From Podarcis cretensis (lineage: Eukaryota), in contig OX638166.1 of NCBI GenBank assembly GCA_951804945.1, positions 38,750,001 to 38,814,000 on the forward strand: 64,000 nt of DNA, in the 5' to 3' direction. This document shows, piece after piece, positions 61,201 to 64,000 of the stretch (positions within the stretch are counted from its first letter, which is position 1; each line of letters starts with the position of its first letter). A program made the translations under genes and the position numbers. The notes beneath the pieces were generated by a model. It saw nothing but the letters and a program-made list of their open reading frames with translations. It was not told where the DNA came from and searched no databases.

Positions 61201-62960
61201 TGGGGGACTCTAGTTCATTATCAGTACAGTGGTACCTTGGGTTGAGAACTTAATTCGTTCTGGAGGTCTGTTCTTAACCTGAAACTGTTCTTAACCTGAA
61301 GACCACTTTAGCTAATGGGGTCTCCCAATGCCGCTGTGCCACCGCTGCACGATTTCTGTTCTCATTCTGAAGCAAAGTTCTTAACCCAAGGTACTATTTC
61401 TGGGTTAGCGGAGTCTGTAACCTGAAGCGTCTGTAACCTGAGGTACCACTGTATTCACCCATTCCGTGCTACATGTTAGGGTAGGGAGACATTTCATTAC
61501 CGGGTGAATGTGAAAGAGGCACACCTATTTTGTTCACCTAGGCTGTAGGACATGGGTAGGCAAACTAAGGCCTGGGGGCCAGATCCAGCCCAGTTGCCTT
61601 CTAAATCTGGCCTGCGGATGGTCCAGGAATCAGGGTGTTTTTACATGAGTAGAATGTGTCCTTTTATTTAAAATGCATCTCTGGGTTATTTGTGGGGCAC
61701 AGGAATTTGTTCATTTTCCCCCCTCCAAAATATAGTCTGGCCCCCCACAAGGTCTGAGGGACAGTGGACCGGCCCCCTGCTGAAAAATTTGCTGACCCCT
61801 GCTGTAGGATATAGCTGCTCAGAGGACATACAGGAAAGGGAGATGGCTGTACTCCACAACATGACCGATGAGCTCGGATAACATGAACAGAAGCAAGAAA
61901 AAGGCCCAGATTAATTTTAACATGGGTCAACATCAAGTTTACCATAGTTTATGAAGGAGTTGTTACTTTGAATAAACTATATAAACATAGCTGACCCTGC
62001 TGCCTGGCCTGTCCCATCATTATGGGTCCTAAAGGTCCAGTCGTGGCCGACTCTGGGGTTGCGGTGCTCATCTCACTTTATTGGCTGAGGGAGCCGGCGT
62101 ACAGCTTCCAGGTCATGTGGCCAGCATGACTAAGCCACTTCTGGCGAACCAGAGCAGCACATGGAAATGCCGTTTACCTTCCCACCAGAGTGGTACCTAT
62201 TTATCTACTTGCACTTTGACATGCTTTCGAACTGCTAGGTTAGCAGGAGCAGGGACTGAGCAACGGGAGCTCACCCCATCGCAGGGATTCGAACCGGTGA
62301 CCTTATGGGTCCTACCAAGAGCAAAAAAAATGAAGAACAAGAGACTATTCCCTGTTAGTGATGGCTAGTGCCCATTTGGGACTGGTAGGGTGGGAAGCAG
62401 GGAGGCCACAATGGAGTTGGAGTCAATAACAGCCAGCGCCAACTGATTCTAGTTTTGTCCCCATCCTGGTCCCTGCGGAGTTCTGCAAGGGCAACACAGA
62501 GACTAAGGAGGAGGAAGAAGCAGACGGCCAGTGCCATCACCTGAACTGGTTGTAGCTAAGAAGGCAGGTGGGTAGGGGCTCAGGGCAGACTGAGGTTGGT
62601 GGGGCAGTGCCCCATTTGCCTTAATGGACTAGCCTACACTATTCTCTTTGCCTTGTTGCTTTTCCTTTGACCCAAAACAGAGTTATTCCAGGCCCCTCTT
62701 TACTGTTTGCAGGGACCCAGCAAACATAGCTGTCTTTGTGAGGCTGACACAGCCCAAGGGCCACGCCAGAGGCATCCATGTTGCTGCAATTTACCCTTAT
62801 GAGGAGACGGCGCAGTACAGTCTCTCTGGCAGCTCCAACGTGGCTCTGCTGCTCCTCCAGAAGCCCATCGCCTTTGACCAACATGTGGCTGCTATGGCCT
62901 ACTTCCCAAAGGAGCCCTGGGATAGCTGCAAAGTGATGGGTCTACAAATGATGCAATCTG
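51187..62960 (+). CDS. Secreted multi-domain inactive trypsin-fold (S1) protease homolog with a mucin-like stalk; 3' incomplete
   Basis: Exons: 51187-51247 (ATG in AGGATGG context; MELLLGLSALFQFFLSSSTT), 51961-52132, 52321-52565, 53023-53159, 54607-56278, 56518-56686, 58698-58954, 59657-59787, 60472-60709, 60934-61069 (acceptor uncertain; 60862 and 60916 are also in phase), 62713-62960. All introns are GT-AG, phases 1-2-1-0 repeat for each domain, and the 3466 nt stay open. S1 motifs present: PW, CxGxxLxxxWVLTAAxC, xxGLLxL, GSPxIC, WL. Confidence 0.85.
51667..51915 (-). mobile_element. L2 LINE 3' end inside intron 1 of the pseudoprotease gene
   Basis: Minus strand reads RAFSVVAPALWNALPADVK...FRRHLKAALFREVF and ends in an (ATT)n tail. 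A related 3' end is at about 3335-3420. Confidence 0.8.
51961..54750 (+). CDS. Pseudoprotease domain 1
   Basis: EAPWLVNIFGNGKRCQGVVLSSWWVLTAANC (His57->Asn), NNDLGLILL (Asp102 kept), CM|VSVGSPVIC (GDSGGP replaced; Ser195->Val). Confidence 0.85.
53243..53455 (-). mobile_element. Sauria SINE fragment
   Basis: Reverse complement of the SINE core (ggtacctatttatctacttgcac). Confidence 0.85.
55441..55881 (+). repeat. Coding minisatellite: 21 units of 21 bp encoding G(Q/H)S(S/P)TT(T/A)
   Basis: Consensus GGGCAGTCGTCCACAACAACA, in frame inside the 1672-bp exon 54607-56278. Confidence 0.95.
56518..60709 (+). CDS. Pseudoprotease domain 2
   Basis: CGLRPGF...[37 protein letters not shown] (His->Asn), HNLGLLQL (Asp->Asn), CT|GDVGSPLIC (Ser->Val), YLPWL. 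Confidence 0.88.
56770..57480 (-). mobile_element. L1-like LINE 3' fragment
   Basis: Minus-strand peptide KIVYRWYLMPTRL...CWICSEEEGSLTHMWWPC (L1-clade C-terminal zinc knuckle), frameshifted. Confidence 0.75.
57610..58150 (-). mobile_element. CR1 reverse-transcriptase fragment
   Basis: gaccagaactgtacacagtattcca reads LEYCVQFWS on the minus strand. Confidence 0.65.
60934..62960 (+). CDS. Pseudoprotease domain 3 (N-terminal half)
   Basis: LPWQVLIATCENQSCGGSILNRYWVLTTAQC (His->Gln), SNVALLLLQKPIAF (Asp->Asn). The Ser-motif exon is not seen. Confidence 0.8.
61227..61451. mobile_element. Tc1/mariner-type MITE
   Basis: ta-CAGTGGTACCT ... AGGTACCACTG-ta: perfect TIR ends with TA duplication. Confidence 0.85.
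61551..61801. mobile_element. hAT (Charlie-like) MITE
   Basis: 8-bp TSD CTGTAGGA (61543-61550 and 61802-61809); imperfect TIRs catgggtaggcaaac / tttgctgacccctg. Confidence 0.8.
62033..62300 (-). mobile_element. Sauria SINE
   Basis: Reverse-complement core and B-box (ggattcgaacc). Confidence 0.85.
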
Positions 62961-63176
62961 GTATGCCAGGAGACTGACTGGGAGTTGGGTGGAGGGAGAG
63001 GGAGAGAAGAGAGGGACCTTGCTATTGTATAGGGCTGTATGCTCCAAGACTATTTCAAACAGTCTCTGTTCCTTAACATCAAATATCCCTTAGTACATTC
63101 ATTTGGAAGCCCTGTGACGTTGCATCAAGTTGCTGCATGATTTGTGCAGGCAGCCAATGGAGCTTAATCTGGCTTT

Positions 63177-63315
63177 NNNNNNNNNNNNNNNNNNNNNNNN
63201 NNNNNNNNNNNNNNNNNNNNNNNNNNNNNNNNNNNNNNNNNNNNNNNNNNNNNNNNNNNNNNNNNNNNNNNNNNNNNNNNNNNNNNNNNNNNNNNNNNNN
63301 NNNNNNNNNNNNNNN
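63177..63315. other. Assembly gap (139 N)
   Basis: Run of N. Confidence 1.
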
Positions 63316-64000
63316 AGGATCAGCTGTGCTGAGTGGAAGTGGACAGTCCTTGAAGACACACCCAACAGGGAGACATCTACTCTCCAAATCTATATTCCAT
63401 CAATCTTTATGCAATGGCCATGGCTACCTGCAAAGAATCCTGAGCATTGTAGTTTGGCAAGGGTGCTGAGACTTCTCAGCGATCTCTCATGGAGCAAAAA
63501 GTCCCCAGGGTTATCTGAGGAGAAGGAATGGCTATTAAATTAGTGCAAGTGTATCAGAAAGATGTTGAGAGGAACTCTTGACTGCCGCTGCCTCACGGCA
63601 CCTCTTGTGTCTCCCTAGTAACATTTGTTAAATGACATGTTACATGCCATCATCATGCACATTCCTCCTTGCAAACATCATCCAATGAAGTACAGTGAAA
63701 AAACACTGAAAGCAATGATGATATATCTCATGTCTTTTGTAGTTAAATGTTACCTGGCAGTTGCAGAGGGGACCATATGTCTGTGGTAACGTGTCCCTCA
63801 CAACATGTAAATTAGGCCCCGTGTTTATGGTGTAGATATGATGAAAGCATATGGCTAAAAGCGTAGGGAAGTGGTGGATTTTTCAGTGGTGCTAAACTAG
63901 ATTATTATTGTGGTGATGGAAGCAGAGGTGGGGTGAGGGCACAATTCCTGAGACAAATTAGTTCAGGATAAAATGGTGTGATTCAACGGACAAATGTAGA

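Noticed and set aside
51187-62960. Naming the gene PRSS55, TMPRSS9, PRSS36 or OVCH, or calling it a pseudogene
   Set aside because: No CUB, LDLa or TM domain is seen and the architecture matches none of these. Intact frames and splice sites across 11 exons argue against a pseudogene.

Overview
Vertebrate genomic DNA, most likely from a lacertid lizard (inferred from Sauria SINEs, a Squam3-like SINE and squamate-type MITEs). Bases 121-37167 hold the last 51 coding exons of HUWE1 (+ strand: UBA, UIM, WWE, BH3, acidic tract, UBM repeats, HECT), with the let-7f-2/miR-98 cluster in one intron and one GC-AG intron. Bases ~37.2-51 kb are a transposon-rich spacer. From 51187 onward is an unnamed + strand gene that I reconstructed from 11 frame-consistent exons (at least 1155 codons). 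It encodes a signal peptide and three tandem trypsin-fold (S1) domains that all lack catalytic residues, with a long Thr/Ser mucin-like stalk (21 x 21-bp repeats) between domains 1 and 2. This secreted multi-domain pseudoprotease is the most interesting item in the window. It is incomplete: the remaining exons lie in the 139-N gap or beyond the window end.
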